Source: a virus
Virus record (IMG/VR): IMGVR_UViG_3300020190_000008
DNA: 64,000 nt
Reading direction: 5' to 3' (one strand)
Shown: positions 1-10,658 of the stretch, one piece after another
How positions within the stretch are numbered: the stretch's first letter is position 1
Layout: the number at the start of each line of letters is the position of its first letter
Translations under genes and position numbers: made by a program
Notes under the pieces: generated by a model
Told to the model about the DNA's origin: nothing
Seen by the model: only the letters and a program-made list of their open reading frames with translations
The model's database searches: none

Positions 1-3000
1 TCCGGCAAAATAATAATTAGTTGTAGACTTTAATGGTGTTGTAACAAATGGTGTGTATATTGTATTATTCACTGTTGGCAATAATAAAGCTCTTTTACTA
101 TTATTATTAAACACAGTATGTTGTGATGGTGATAATGTTACAATATTATTAAAACCAAATGAAGGTGGTGCTGGTGAGTAGTTTGCGGCAATACTTTCAT
201 CAGGACATAAATAATAATAAGGTAGTGTTGATGTAAATCCAGAAAATTCATTACAAGTTACACCACTGACAACGTATGTCTCACTTATTTTAAAATTGTA
301 TGGTTCAAAATATAGTTTTGATGCCGATGCCGAATCATTTTGTGTTATGATATGTGTTGTTGGTTTTTCACCAGTTGCTTGAATTGGTATATTCAAATAA
401 TAATTACCTTCAACAATTGGTCCGAATCCAAAGTTTTTACCAAATATCCTTGATAAATCATAACGATTATTTTGTTTTGGTGAATGCGGGTCAACACCTC
501 TTGTTATAATTAAAATTTCAAAATTATCATATTGTGTTAATTCTTCAATAATTTTTGGATAAGTTTTATATTGATAAGACCCAAGTGGTGGATTATCAAA
601 TATACCACATTTATTTCTAAAAACAAAAATACTATTGTGTTGTAAATATTTTACTGGGAAATATTGAGTGTTTGTAAAGTCAGCCAAAGATATAAATTGT
701 GAATAGGTATAACCAGATATTATCTGAAAATATTCTAAATCAATATTATACTTTAAATATGTTTCTGTTTGACCGGTATTATTTAGTGTATATTGAACTT
801 CTAAATCTGAATTATGAGACTGAGCGTATCGTACTGTAACAGTAGTTGATCCTGTTACACTTGTACCTGTTACAGCATTATTACCAAATTGATTTTCTGT
901 GAAACCAATACCATCATGAAATGTTGCACCGGTTAAATTTTGATTACATAATGATAATTTTCCTTCTTGGAAGGTGAATAAATTTCCAACACCTATTTGT
1001 CCTAGTGTTCCTTGTTTTGCTAAAACAATTAAAACTTGATCTTTATGATCTGTATTATTTTGTTGTTTGTTAAATGTTACTTCAATTTTATTTACATCGT
1101 CAAAATATTTTTGTCTTAAATTAAATTCATTAAGTTTTTGAGAAAAGGTTTCAGTAAAAGGTTTCGCAAAAAATCTATAATTAATAAATTGTTTTTTTTG
1201 TGCTGAAAATAAAAAATGATTTGGTGCGTGTAGAAATGTTTTATCTGGAACACCAGTAGAATCGTCACCAACATCCAAAGATTCGCTACCACTAAACAAT
1301 CTTTGAAATCCTAGTGCAGCAGATGTTAATACATTATCTTCAATCCACCCTTCTTGTATTGCATAACTTAATGATTTATAACCACAAGCAACAGGTTCCA
1401 ATAAAGTGAGAGGGGGGAGACAAAGAGTTGTTATACAATAATAAGGACCTAAAATTGCTGAACTCAAGTCTGGTTGAATTACATTTGGGTGAGTTAGTTT
1501 TGTATAATTTAAAGGTAAATTTATAGGTGCTAAAAAACTATTATCCGTGATAGCAGTTGTGGGAATTCCGAGTGGTAAGTCCTCAACAGAAATTTGAGAT
1601 TGTGCATTTAATATTTCTTGATTAATTGATGATTCACTAATATTATTTGCTTCAGAAAAATCGGCTGGACCACATTCACAATCACATGTTGTACAATCTG
1701 GATACGATAACATTGGTAAACCGAGTCTTGGGAAATTATCAATATTGATTAAGTATTTTAATGTGAGACCAATCAATGCTAATCCTGCTGCAATCATAAA
1801 TACCATTTTTAAAAATTGTTTTCCGATTTGTATAATTGTTGAAATTGAGATTATTGGTCCGGCAAAATTTGCATCACCTAATGATCCGATATAGTAATAT
1901 AAGTCAACTCCAGCGTCAACACCAAGATATGTTACATATATCCCTAAGAAAATTAGAAGGATTTTTAATATTGGCCAAATAAAAGATATTAAATGTGCTA
2001 TAAATAATAATGGAACAAAAACAAGTGGTGTTAAAATAGACATAAATAAATTAAATATAAAAAATAAAAAATCAAAATTTCTTATAGCATCATTTACTGG
2101 AAATGTGTTTGTTGTTGATTTACAAGTTCTGTTATCAATTTCTTTAATACCAAGATGTCTTGCTCGGCCAAGACCTTTTTTATATCGATCAAGGAACATA
2201 GCAGTTGTATACACTTTATTATAATGAAATTCATAAAAAGTGTCTTCACAACTTAAGGCCGCTTGTGGGTCTGCATAGTCATCCCAGTCTAAACTAAATG
2301 AATATGATTTGAATAAATTCAAATATTCTTTATTATAAAACTTATATATTATAGTTGCGGGTTGGTTTGGATCTTCTGGAACCAAAGTTATATTTACAAA
2401 ATCATTTGGTGTTTCTGTTGATATTACTTGTGTATCACCATAATATGTCGTCCAAGGTCCACCTGAATTTGGCCCTATTTCAACAGAATAACTTGATAAA
2501 TTAACCGAATCATCAAAAACTAATCCACTATCACCAAGAGGACCAAAAATAAGAGTATTCTGACCTCCTTGTGTTGTTCCAGATAAAGTTTGTACTATAC
2601 CAGTTTTCAGTGGGTCACTATTATAAGTTGAAGCAGTCCACCCATGTTCTTTAATGTTTGGAACAAAATAATTTGCTCTAAGAACTTCATTTTGTAAACC
2701 GCCTTCATTTTCCCACTTGAACTTGAATCTGTATCTTGCTTTTGTTGGAATCCCAACTTTTGGGTCGTTTGATAGTGATTGTTCGCCAAATTCATTTGTA
2801 AATACATAATCCAAATTCATTGGTAGATTTACAAGGTATGAACCATCACCATCGATAATTTTGCCACCATTTGGTAATTTGAATTCTTCTAAAATTGGAA
2901 GTCCATTAACATCAACATTTATTGTCTGTCTTATTGATAATATTTGTCCTGGACCTGCAATTAACTCACAAAGATTTCCAGTATTGTTTTTTGGTTTACA

Positions 3001-3816
3001 ACTTACTCTTAATGAATCATCATCAGTTGTTGATATAATTGAACCCATAAATACGGCTTTGGGTTCAATATTAATGTTAGCTTCAGATTTTAAATCAAAG
3101 TCAACTCTTGTTATCCCTAATTGACAAACATCGGTATCACCCCAAAGTGGTGAAATATCAACAATTTTATTCAATGTTTTTATTTGTGGTAGTTCGTTCA
3201 AATTTGTTGAGGATTTGAATGTGTTTCCATTGACTTGATTTTCTGTTGCAATTCCACTCTCAATTAAGTCGTGTGGTGTTAGTGAAAAACAACCCATATC
3301 AGATAAATCAGCATCCAAGAAGACAGTTTGAGCTCCTAGTGGAACACCAAATATCATATAATCCCCACTTTCGTTGGTTCTTGTTGTGTATTTATAGTAC
3401 TTGTCGTAAACTTCAATATAAGATTGGTCTAATAGGGTTTCTTCTTTTGTTGGGAAGTTCCCTGTTGCCGCATGGCCTTCATATGAAGGTATCTTAGGTA
3501 ATAAATTATACCTATAACCATCTTCATTGATATCTGATAGACTTCGATATGGATATAATTCACTTATTATCGGATTATTTTCATCTTCTGGTTGTAATGG
3601 TATAAAGATAGAAATCATTGCATTTGGTAAACCAAATCCAGAATTTACAAAAACACGACCAACTATAACACCATAGTCAGAACATTGTCTACTATAAACA
3701 TCACTTTGTAAAATTTTTAATGAAAGTATATTAATCTGGTCAAAATCTTGGTCCAAATTAACTTTTATTGATTTGTCAACCCCAACCTGGGTTCTTACTC
3801 TATATGATTTAGGCAT
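1..3816 (-). CDS. Large putative baseplate/tail-associated structural protein (>=1272 aa, truncated at window edge) with internal hydrophobic segment
   Basis: Not in ORF track because no stop lies inside the window. ATG at 3816 (MPKSYRVRTQVGVDKSIKVNLDQDF...); the frame was open in the segments I translated, including position 1. Follows the baseplate wedge gene and has a TATTTAT motif upstream. Confidence 0.75.
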   Translation of the reverse strand, partial: MPKSYRVRTQVGVDKSIKVNLDQDFDQINILSLKILQSDVYSRQCSDYGVIVGRVFVNSGFGLPNAMISIFIPLQPEDENNPIISELYPYRSLSDINEDGYRYNLLPKIPSYEGHAATGNFPTKEETLLDQSYIEVYDKYYKYTTRTNESGDYMIFGVPLGAQTVFLDADLSDMGCFSLTPHDLIESGIATENQVNGNTFKSSTNLNELPQIKTLNKIVDISPLWGDTDVCQLGITRVDFDLKSEANINIEPKAVFMGSIISTTDDDSLRVSCKPKNNTGNLCELIAGPGQILSIRQTINVDVNGLPILEEFKLPNGGKIIDGDGSYLVNLPMNLDYVFTNEFGEQSLSNDPKVGIPTKARYRFKFKWENEGGLQNEVLRANYFVPNIKEHGWTASTYNSDPLKTGIVQTLSGTTQGGQNTLIFGPLGDSGLVFDDSVNLSSYSVEIGPNSGGPWTTYYGDTQVISTETPNDFVNITLVPEDPNQPATIIYKFYNKEYLNLFKSYSFSLDWDDYADPQAALSCEDTFYEFHYNKVYTTAMFLDRYKKGLGRARHLGIKEIDNRTCKSTTNTFPVNDAIRNFDFLFFIFNLFMSILTPLVFVPLLFIAHLISFIWPILKILLIFLGIYVTYLGVDAGVDLYYYIGSLGDANFAGPIISISTIIQIGKQFLKMVFMIAAGLALIGLTLKYLINIDNFPRLGLPMLSYPDCTTCDCECGPADFSEANNISESSINQEILNAQSQISVEDLPLGIPTTAITDNSFLAPINLPLNYTKLTHPNVIQPDLSSAILGPYYCITTLCLPPLTLLEPVACGYKSLSYAIQEGWIEDNVLTSAALGFQRLFSGSESLDVGDDSTGVPDKTFLHAPNHFLFSAQKKQFINYRFFAKPFTETFSQKLNEFNLRQKYFDDVNKIEVTFNKQQNNTDHKDQVLIVLAKQGTLGQIGVGNLFTFQEGKLSLCNQNLTGATFHDGIGFTENQFGNNAVTGTSVTGSTTVTVRYAQSHNSDLEVQYTLNNTGQTETYLKYNIDLEYFQIISGYTYSQFISLADFTNTQYFPVKYLQHNSIFVFRNKCGIFDNPPLGSYQYKTYPKIIEELTQYDNFEILIITRGVDPHSPKQNNRYDLSRIFGKNFGFGPIVEGNYYLNIPIQATGEKPTTHIITQNDSASASKLYFEPYNFKISETYVVSGVTCNEFSGFTSTLPYYYLCPDESIAANYSPAPPSFGFNNIVTLSPSQHTVFNNNSKRALLLPTVNNTIYTPFVTTPLKSTTNYYFAG

Positions 3817-3890
3817 TGAAGTTTCTTTTTTTCATAAATAGTTTATTTCCTATTTTAGAAAAATAATCCTTTTATAAAAAAAATAAATTA

Positions 3891-5729
3891 TCAAGAAAAG
3901 TTAACCCCCTTAAAGTTAAGAACTCTTACGTTAATATCTTTGTTTGGGAATCTAATTTGATACATTTGTGTTGGTTCAGCAAATATAGTATCAGCAATTA
4001 ATTCTATTTGTCTTGTCTCTGGGTCGATATATCTTTGTGATGTCTGTGATGACGAATATTGTCCACCAACTTTGTTAAAAAACTGAATGTCTGAAATACT
4101 AATAACACCATCCAAATTTTGAATTCTTTTTCTTATTTCTGAAACATAAACATTTTCACCCATCTGTCTATTTCCAGGTGAAAAATATTGTGTTATTATA
4201 TCAATAACTTGTGTAACGATGGTACCCTGGTTTTGACTAGCATCTAATACAACGTCAACATTACAACTTAAATCTATTACATTTGCACTCTCAACAGAAA
4301 TATAATCATTTATCATTCTATAATTTGATAGGTAATTTGCAATATTTTGTTTAAGTGTGTTTGATGTTATTTCTGTCAATTTACCATCACTATCATAAGA
4401 TAATAATTTAATTTTAATTTTATTATTTTCTTCTGTAATTGTAACTTTCGCTGGTGCCCCAAATTGTGAAGGCATTGTTCTTATTATTGATTCGTAGTCG
4501 TTAATTGTTACAGCTCTATTTTGTGCAGAAAAATTAAATGAAACCATTTGTCTTACTTCTTCAGTTGTTGGGTTGTTTGCACCACCAATTGCTGCTGTTA
4601 CATTATTACATCTTAGTGAATTGATAACACTACGATTAACATTATCAGATGGACCGTTAACTGCAAAATTTACACTACCAATTTGATTTATAACGTTTAT
4701 ACCTAAATTTGATGAACTACCACCCCCAATTCTATATTGAATAAACATTGTTGTGTTTGGTTTTAACGCACTACCCAATGTTAGGTTGTTTGTATATTTT
4801 GAAAGGTCAAAAGATAATCCATCTCTTGCAAATTCTCTTACTTGGTCTTCAGCTGAAGTATTACCACCACCAAAAGTCATTTTAAAGAACCCTTCTGGGG
4901 TATATTCAGTTATAAACTTATCAGTTGTTGTTACGTATTTTCCTACTTTAATTCCTGGACTATCTGAAGTCTTTGTTGGGTCTTCAATGAATACTCTATC
5001 ATCCATTAAAGCTTTGACTTCATACCATCTACTGTTTTGACCCAAAAACTCTTGTGTTGGTGGGATTGTAACGTATTGTGTTCCTTCTTTAATTAAAACA
5101 CTTGTTATTCCTAATACATTTTTTTCTGGTAAAAAAAGTTCAAAGAAAGGTCTTACATCGTTTGGTGTTATCACTCTTTTGAATACTTTTGTAACACCAT
5201 TTACAACAACTTCACGTTTTATGATTGTATAATTTATAATCTTACCATTAGAATCAAAATTTGGGATTTTTAGCCTATTTGGTGAACCTTCTGCGTTTAC
5301 TGCCGATGAAAAATCAATATCATAAACCGTTTCAAATGGTTGTCCACCTCCTAGTACTTGTGAACCTCGTCTTAATATACCACAATAACTAAGATTTTCT
5401 TTATCACCAAAAGCAGGTACCGTTATTGAGAAATCGACTAAGGCAACTGATGGTCTTTGTCCTGGTACTTTTAAACCATATGTTCTTGCGATATTGAAAA
5501 CCGATGACCTTTGTTGTGCATATTGAAGTACCGTTTCTTGGATACTTCTATCAATGTGGAATTGTAGGTTATCTGTTACAGCAGCATTTAAATCTAAAAA
5601 TACAGAAAAAATTCCAGCGTCATTAAAATTTTGTACAAGGTCGGGATAATATTGTCTTGTAAAATTTATTAATTCAGTTCTAATTCCCTGAAAATCTCTT
5701 GTTGTGTATGATATTTTCTTTTCCGCCAT
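3891..5729 (-). CDS. Baseplate wedge protein (T4 gp6 / baseplate J-like)
   Basis: N-terminal YTTRDF..IR.EL; FGGG; YRIGGG; C-terminal AQNRAVTINDYE motif; lies next to gp25-like gene. Confidence 0.85.
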   Translation of the reverse strand: MAEKKISYTTRDFQGIRTELINFTRQYYPDLVQNFNDAGIFSVFLDLNAAVTDNLQFHIDRSIQETVLQYAQQRSSVFNIARTYGLKVPGQRPSVALVDFSITVPAFGDKENLSYCGILRRGSQVLGGGQPFETVYDIDFSSAVNAEGSPNRLKIPNFDSNGKIINYTIIKREVVVNGVTKVFKRVITPNDVRPFFELFLPEKNVLGITSVLIKEGTQYVTIPPTQEFLGQNSRWYEVKALMDDRVFIEDPTKTSDSPGIKVGKYVTTTDKFITEYTPEGFFKMTFGGGNTSAEDQVREFARDGLSFDLSKYTNNLTLGSALKPNTTMFIQYRIGGGSSSNLGINVINQIGSVNFAVNGPSDNVNRSVINSLRCNNVTAAIGGANNPTTEEVRQMVSFNFSAQNRAVTINDYESIIRTMPSQFGAPAKVTITEENNKIKIKLLSYDSDGKLTEITSNTLKQNIANYLSNYRMINDYISVESANVIDLSCNVDVVLDASQNQGTIVTQVIDIITQYFSPGNRQMGENVYVSEIRKRIQNLDGVISISDIQFFNKVGGQYSSSQTSQRYIDPETRQIELIADTIFAEPTQMYQIRFPNKDINVRVLNFKGVNFS

Positions 5730-6190
5730 TATATATTAAGTATTACAAAATCATTAGATTCAAATGCAGTGTTAGTCACTTTATAATCAATTCTAACTCT
5801 TGCTGTATATTCTTTTTGTGATAAACCAGGGACACGATATTCTCTTTGTCCTTCTGAATTTATGTATGTAGCACCAGGATCTTCTAAATCTGCAGTCGCT
5901 TCTTTAATTTCAATATTTGTCACTAAAACTCCTGGCATATATCTACCAACACTTTCTCTAATTTCAGATTCAATATCAGAAAATGTTGGCCCATCTAATG
6001 GTTCAAAAATAAATTCATATAGTCTTGTTCCAAAATCTGGTAAAAAATATCTGGTACCCTTTCTAGTTAATAAAAGATGAATTAAATTACTTCTTATTTC
6101 GTCGTCAGCAGTTTGTGTAACACCAAGATACTTACCAAGTGATGATTGTTCAAAAGGAAAAGCTAAACCATATGTTGTTCCGTATGCCAT
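5729..6190 (-). CDS. Baseplate wedge subunit, gp25/GPW-like
   Basis: IRSNLIHLLLTRKGTRYFLPDFGTRLYEFIFEP is the GPW_gp25 pattern. Confidence 0.9.
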   Translation of the reverse strand: MAYGTTYGLAFPFEQSSLGKYLGVTQTADDEIRSNLIHLLLTRKGTRYFLPDFGTRLYEFIFEPLDGPTFSDIESEIRESVGRYMPGVLVTNIEIKEATADLEDPGATYINSEGQREYRVPGLSQKEYTARVRIDYKVTNTAFESNDFVILNI

Positions 6191-6254
6191 ATAACATAAA
6201 TATACATTATAGTAATTTTGAATAAATAATTAAGTTTGTTACTTATAAATTATA

Positions 6255-7022
6255 TTAATCCAATTTATCTTTGTGCTTTTTGAAAAATTCTAGCGGAATA
6301 TCTCTATGGGCTTTGCTGGTTTTTGTTAATACACCATTTTTTTCCATAGAAGTGAGAACTGATTTTATTGATGGATATCCACCCCAATTACCACTGTTTG
6401 ATAGTGAATAAACATTAGATGGTAGTTTACTATAAACCCTTGATGATGATGGGTCAATAAGTCCAATAAAATCATAGTCTTTTGGATTATTATCTATTTC
6501 TTTCCAGACTAACCTTCCGCCAGCTGAAAAACCCATAATCTTTGTCACATTTTTAGTGTCTTTTAGTTTTTCTAATTTTGAACCTTCATTATAATTTATA
6601 AATTCAATATTTTTTGTTGATAGTCCAGCATTTTCCCATTGTGATTTCATCCAATTTGCCGTTGCATAACTTATACCACCAATAACTACTGTTGTTCCAC
6701 CACTTTCTGTTTTTGGTTTTTTATCATCTTTTTTTTCTTCGGTATCTTTTTCTTTATCTACTTCTGTATCTTTTTTTATTGTTTCAATTTTCTTTTCAAC
6801 TTCTTTTTTTGAAGGTATGTCCTTTTTTTCAACTTCATCCTTATCTTGTAATTCAATACCGGTAACTTTTTTAAAAACATCTTTAACCTTATCTTTTAAA
6901 TTGTCAAAATTTAATCCAATTTTATCCAAAACATCGTCATACCAAGCTTCGTTTAAATCTTTTGTTTCTTGATACTTTTCTATAATTCTTTTTAATTGAC
7001 TTTCGGTTATTTTGATTTTCAT
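6255..7022 (-). CDS. Alpha/beta-hydrolase-like protein with charged N-terminal leader
   Basis: GFSAGG nucleophile elbow, LIDPS Asp, C-terminal His (KAHRDIP); leader MKIKITESQLKRIIE. Confidence 0.6.
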   Translation of the reverse strand: MKIKITESQLKRIIEKYQETKDLNEAWYDDVLDKIGLNFDNLKDKVKDVFKKVTGIELQDKDEVEKKDIPSKKEVEKKIETIKKDTEVDKEKDTEEKKDDKKPKTESGGTTVVIGGISYATANWMKSQWENAGLSTKNIEFINYNEGSKLEKLKDTKNVTKIMGFSAGGRLVWKEIDNNPKDYDFIGLIDPSSSRVYSKLPSNVYSLSNSGNWGGYPSIKSVLTSMEKNGVLTKTSKAHRDIPLEFFKKHKDKLD

Positions 7023-7035
7023 AATACTTTTATAT

Positions 7036-7043
7036 TATAAATA
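7036..7043 (-). promoter_or_regulatory. TATTTATA upstream motif (example; putative late promoter)
   Basis: 14 nt upstream of the ATG at 7022; recurs before about 19 genes. Confidence 0.55.
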
Positions 7044-7050
7044 TATTAAT

Positions 7051-7079
7051 AAAAAAAAATCACTACTTTCGTAGTGATT
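7051..7079 (-). terminator. Intrinsic terminator
   Basis: Minus strand ATCACTAC-GAAA-GTAGTGAT followed by a T run. Confidence 0.75.
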
Positions 7080-7290
7080 CTTTTAGGTTTGTATTACCTT
7101 TTTGGTAAAGTGGTTCGTAGGGACAATGCCTACATTGGGACCCACAACATTTACCTCGTTTTATATGGAATGATTCGGTCATAACAATATTTCCAAATTT
7201 ATCCTTATAAAAGTCAGGTTCAGGAGATTTTTTAGTTGTCTCCTGAACATATAACTGTTGTATCCAATCTTTTGATGCGTTTACTGTCAT
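7063..7290 (-). CDS. Small Cys-rich protein (DUF5522-like)
   Basis: HIKRGKCCGSQCRHCPY motif; directly downstream of nrdJ. Confidence 0.65.
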   Translation of the reverse strand: MTVNASKDWIQQLYVQETTKKSPEPDFYKDKFGNIVMTESFHIKRGKCCGSQCRHCPYEPLYQKGNTNLKESLRK

Positions 7291-7312
7291 TTTAATTTTG
7301 TTTTCTCAAGTT

Positions 7313-7345
7313 AAAGTAAGGAACTTTTAATAAATTCCTTACTTT
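7313..7345 (-). terminator. Hairpin after nrdJ
   Basis: AAAGTAAGGAA-n11-TTCCTTACTTT inverted repeat. Confidence 0.6.
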
Positions 7346-7352
7346 TCTAATA

Positions 7353-9212
7353 TTAAATTATCTCACAAGATCCGTTTGCACAAGCCAATTCACCACTCAA
7401 ATTAGTATTGTCCTGTAATTCAATTACTTTTGTAAGATCAACATTTGTTAATGTTTTAAGTAATCTTTCATATTCTTCCTTACTACAATCCTCATAAGGA
7501 GCCTGTTTGTAAGTATGGTTAGAATAGGGTAGTACTGACAATCCGTTATAGAATTTTCTGTTTTTCCACATCCAATCACCAACTAAATCCCACTCATCTT
7601 CTTTGATTGAAACTGTAGCTGATACATTGTGTGTGTTTTGTCCGGTTCTATGTCCATTTCTAATCCATTCTTGAGCAACTTTTTTAACTCTTTCTAACAT
7701 TTGGAATACTGATTCGTAACGTAAAATAGACCCTTCTGGTGACCTTTGTGGTATTGTAATTACCGCAGTATCGTGTGGACGAAAGTATTCATCTTCGACT
7801 AATTCTGGGTGATTGATTGCAAGATATGTATAAATTGCTTCATTCTTACCAACACGGATTCTTCTTAAATAATAATCATTATGCCAAGCGTGAATACCAG
7901 ATGATGTTCCCAATACTAATGATGAGGTTCCGGATGGTTTTACTGTTGTTGTTCTAGCAGCTTTATTAATTCCAATAAGACTTGCAACTCTTTCGTTTTC
8001 TTCTTTAACGGCATAAGCTGCTGCTTTCATATCATATCCTAACACAACACCAGAACCAATACCTGTCATTCCAACACCGATAAGTGCATCTTTTTCAGTT
8101 GTTCTTTTCCACACATCTCTCAAGTAGTGGAAATCTGTATATCCAGCTTGGAGTGTTCCAATAAACGCAGCTCCTTTAACTCTCTTTTCAAAATCTTCTT
8201 GTGAATCAATATCTGAAGCATTAACTTCACAAAGATTACAGAATTGGTAAGGACGAAGTGCTATTTCACAACAAGGGTTTGTTCCCCAATCTTTATCGTT
8301 TGATAAATAGATTCCAGGTTCTCCTGCTCCAGATAATTCAATTCTTTTCCAAAGATCCATAAAATATTCTTGTGTTACTTTATGTCTTAATAGAACCGCT
8401 GAATTATTTGCTCTACCTCTTTGTGGGTTTTGTTCCCACCAGTTTCCAGATTTACAAGAAATCATTTCATCATCATCAGCCGAAAATAATGAAATAAGTG
8501 CTGCTCTTCTAATACCACCAGCAAGTACCGCATCAGCAATATGACATACGATATCGTGAGTTTCAATCGGTGTTAATTTTTCACCGTCATTTTTGTTTTC
8601 TAATACCTTTGTAATATTGTGAATACAATCTTTCAAAGGTTGAGGTCCTGGTGCTTTTCCTCCAGATGTAACAAGTAAGGCTCCTTTTTGACGAATGTCT
8701 GAAAAATCAAATACTGGTGTTGATGATTTTGAACCCATATAAGATTCAATAAGAACTTTAATTGCATCAGCCCATCCTTCAATTGAATCACCAATAAGGT
8801 ATCTTCTTGTTCTTGTTGGGTTTGGTTTTTTAATTTCTGGTAACTTATCTACGTGGTGTTTTTGCACTGAAAATCCTACACCTGTTCCACCTAAAAGTAA
8901 GAACATCGTTTCTGAAAAAGCATCAGTATGGTCTACCGGCATATAAGCACAGTTATAAACTCTATTTGGTGATATCTCGATTGGTTTCCCACCAAACTGT
9001 AATGATCTCATAGATGGAAGAATTTTTTTATCATATACCATTTTATATACTTCTTCTATCTCATCTTTAATGTGTGGGTACTTTCTCTGGTGCATTTCTT
9101 TATTTCTTGTAACCAGTTCTTCCCAAGTTTCCCTTCTATTTAATTCAGGAACAAATTTGGCGTATTTCATATACACCGTAATATCGCTCAATATTTTTTG
9201 TGAAATATCCAT
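7353..9212 (-). CDS. nrdJ: Class II (adenosylcobalamin-dependent) monomeric ribonucleotide reductase
   Basis: YNCAY; GTNPCCEI catalytic loop; TVKPSGT; C-terminal ELACANGSCEII redox Cys pair; no beta-subunit gene nearby. Confidence 0.9.
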   Translation of the reverse strand: MDISQKILSDITVYMKYAKFVPELNRRETWEELVTRNKEMHQRKYPHIKDEIEEVYKMVYDKKILPSMRSLQFGGKPIEISPNRVYNCAYMPVDHTDAFSETMFLLLGGTGVGFSVQKHHVDKLPEIKKPNPTRTRRYLIGDSIEGWADAIKVLIESYMGSKSSTPVFDFSDIRQKGALLVTSGGKAPGPQPLKDCIHNITKVLENKNDGEKLTPIETHDIVCHIADAVLAGGIRRAALISLFSADDDEMISCKSGNWWEQNPQRGRANNSAVLLRHKVTQEYFMDLWKRIELSGAGEPGIYLSNDKDWGTNPCCEIALRPYQFCNLCEVNASDIDSQEDFEKRVKGAAFIGTLQAGYTDFHYLRDVWKRTTEKDALIGVGMTGIGSGVVLGYDMKAAAYAVKEENERVASLIGINKAARTTTVKPSGTSSLVLGTSSGIHAWHNDYYLRRIRVGKNEAIYTYLAINHPELVEDEYFRPHDTAVITIPQRSPEGSILRYESVFQMLERVKKVAQEWIRNGHRTGQNTHNVSATVSIKEDEWDLVGDWMWKNRKFYNGLSVLPYSNHTYKQAPYEDCSKEEYERLLKTLTNVDLTKVIELQDNTNLSGELACANGSCEII

Positions 9213-9235
9213 TTTTATTAATTTAATTATTTTAT

Positions 9236-10624
9236 TTAAGATTTTTGTTTTTCTTGTTCTTTTTGTTGTCTTTTCTCCAACAATTCCTTAACCCTTTGTC
9301 TTTGTCTTTCTTCTTTTTGTTCTTCAAGACCTAAGAATGTGGTTGTAGATTCGGTATCTATTTCAATCATTGCATTATCAAATTTACAATTTTCAAACAC
9401 CACACCATCATCTCCAATACGAGATTTGGTAATTGCTATTGTGGCCAATTTCATTTCTTTTTGTTGTAATGTTTTTGCTACTGAAATAATAACGTGTCCA
9501 ACTTGTGCCTTCTTGATTGAACCACCCATTTGATCTGTTGTTACAACTTCCGAAGAAATTGATGAACGATTACCTTGTGTTGCGGTCCAACCAACAATAT
9601 TTAATTCGTGACACATAGCCTCGAAACCCCTCATTACTGAGCCTTCACTCTTCCATTCATCCCCAAGGTTTTTGTCTGGAACTATACAATCAATGTAGTC
9701 CAAAATAACCATATCGATTTTTGTACCATCTGCAATAATTTTTCTTATTTCATTCTTAATTTGCAGCATTGTCTTTGTATCGGATGGTAGTTTTTTCAAA
9801 TCTAAAGTATTTTCCATTGTACTTTCGATTTCTTTTACCTTATTCATCACGTATTCTCTTTTTTCTGACAATTCGTCAGGGTGAATCTTTGTCCAAAGTG
9901 TGAAGTGTTTCCTTTGTATAACCTTTGGGTTGTCTTCAAAAAATATTTGTAAGACATTAAATCCTAGATTAAAGGCATGGTTTGCAATCTTTGTAAGTAT
10001 TGTTGATTTACCAACACCAGTTGGTGCTAATATAACTCCAATCTCACCCTTTGCGAGCCCTCCTTTTAACAATCTATCAATTCCTGGTATACCTATTGGA
10101 ATTGGATGTCTGTAGTCATCGTCAAGGACTTGGTCTAGGTTTGAAAAGACATCCATAGTACTAGTGTCTTTTGAACCAACAAGTAATGCTTCTCTTACTA
10201 ATTCTTCAAGGGTGTCGTAGTTTTCAAATTCACCACCGTCAATAATTTTTTGAGCCTTTTTCATTACCTTCTGTAATTCTTGTTGTTTACAGAATTTAAG
10301 TGCCTTTTCTTGTACGAAATCCACTCCATCAATAGGTGAAGACTTGATTTTTTTAATTGTATCAAGAACTACCTTAACCGCAGTTTCTTGTTGTAATTCG
10401 GATTTTGCGACTTGTTCTAAAGTATCAAATGATGGTGTGTGATCATACTTTTTATAGTATTCTTTTATCATTTGAATGATAATTTTGAAGTACTTGTTTT
10501 CAAAATAACTGTTTTCGATTACATTAATAATCGAATGTGAAAAGTCTTTGTCTACAATGATTTGATTAAGTAATTGTATTTGAAAATTGTTCCCAAGATA
10601 TTCAAAGTTTTTGTTTGTCGCCAT
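9236..10624 (-). CDS. Replicative DnaB-like (T4 gp41-type) helicase
   Basis: GIDRLLKGGL, Walker A APTGVGKS, Walker B ILDYID, WTATQGNR, KSR. Confidence 0.9.
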   Translation of the reverse strand: MATNKNFEYLGNNFQIQLLNQIIVDKDFSHSIINVIENSYFENKYFKIIIQMIKEYYKKYDHTPSFDTLEQVAKSELQQETAVKVVLDTIKKIKSSPIDGVDFVQEKALKFCKQQELQKVMKKAQKIIDGGEFENYDTLEELVREALLVGSKDTSTMDVFSNLDQVLDDDYRHPIPIGIPGIDRLLKGGLAKGEIGVILAPTGVGKSTILTKIANHAFNLGFNVLQIFFEDNPKVIQRKHFTLWTKIHPDELSEKREYVMNKVKEIESTMENTLDLKKLPSDTKTMLQIKNEIRKIIADGTKIDMVILDYIDCIVPDKNLGDEWKSEGSVMRGFEAMCHELNIVGWTATQGNRSSISSEVVTTDQMGGSIKKAQVGHVIISVAKTLQQKEMKLATIAITKSRIGDDGVVFENCKFDNAMIEIDTESTTTFLGLEEQKEERQRQRVKELLEKRQQKEQEKQKS

Positions 10625-10658
10625 AATTTTTTCCTCCTATCAGTAATGATAAATACTA

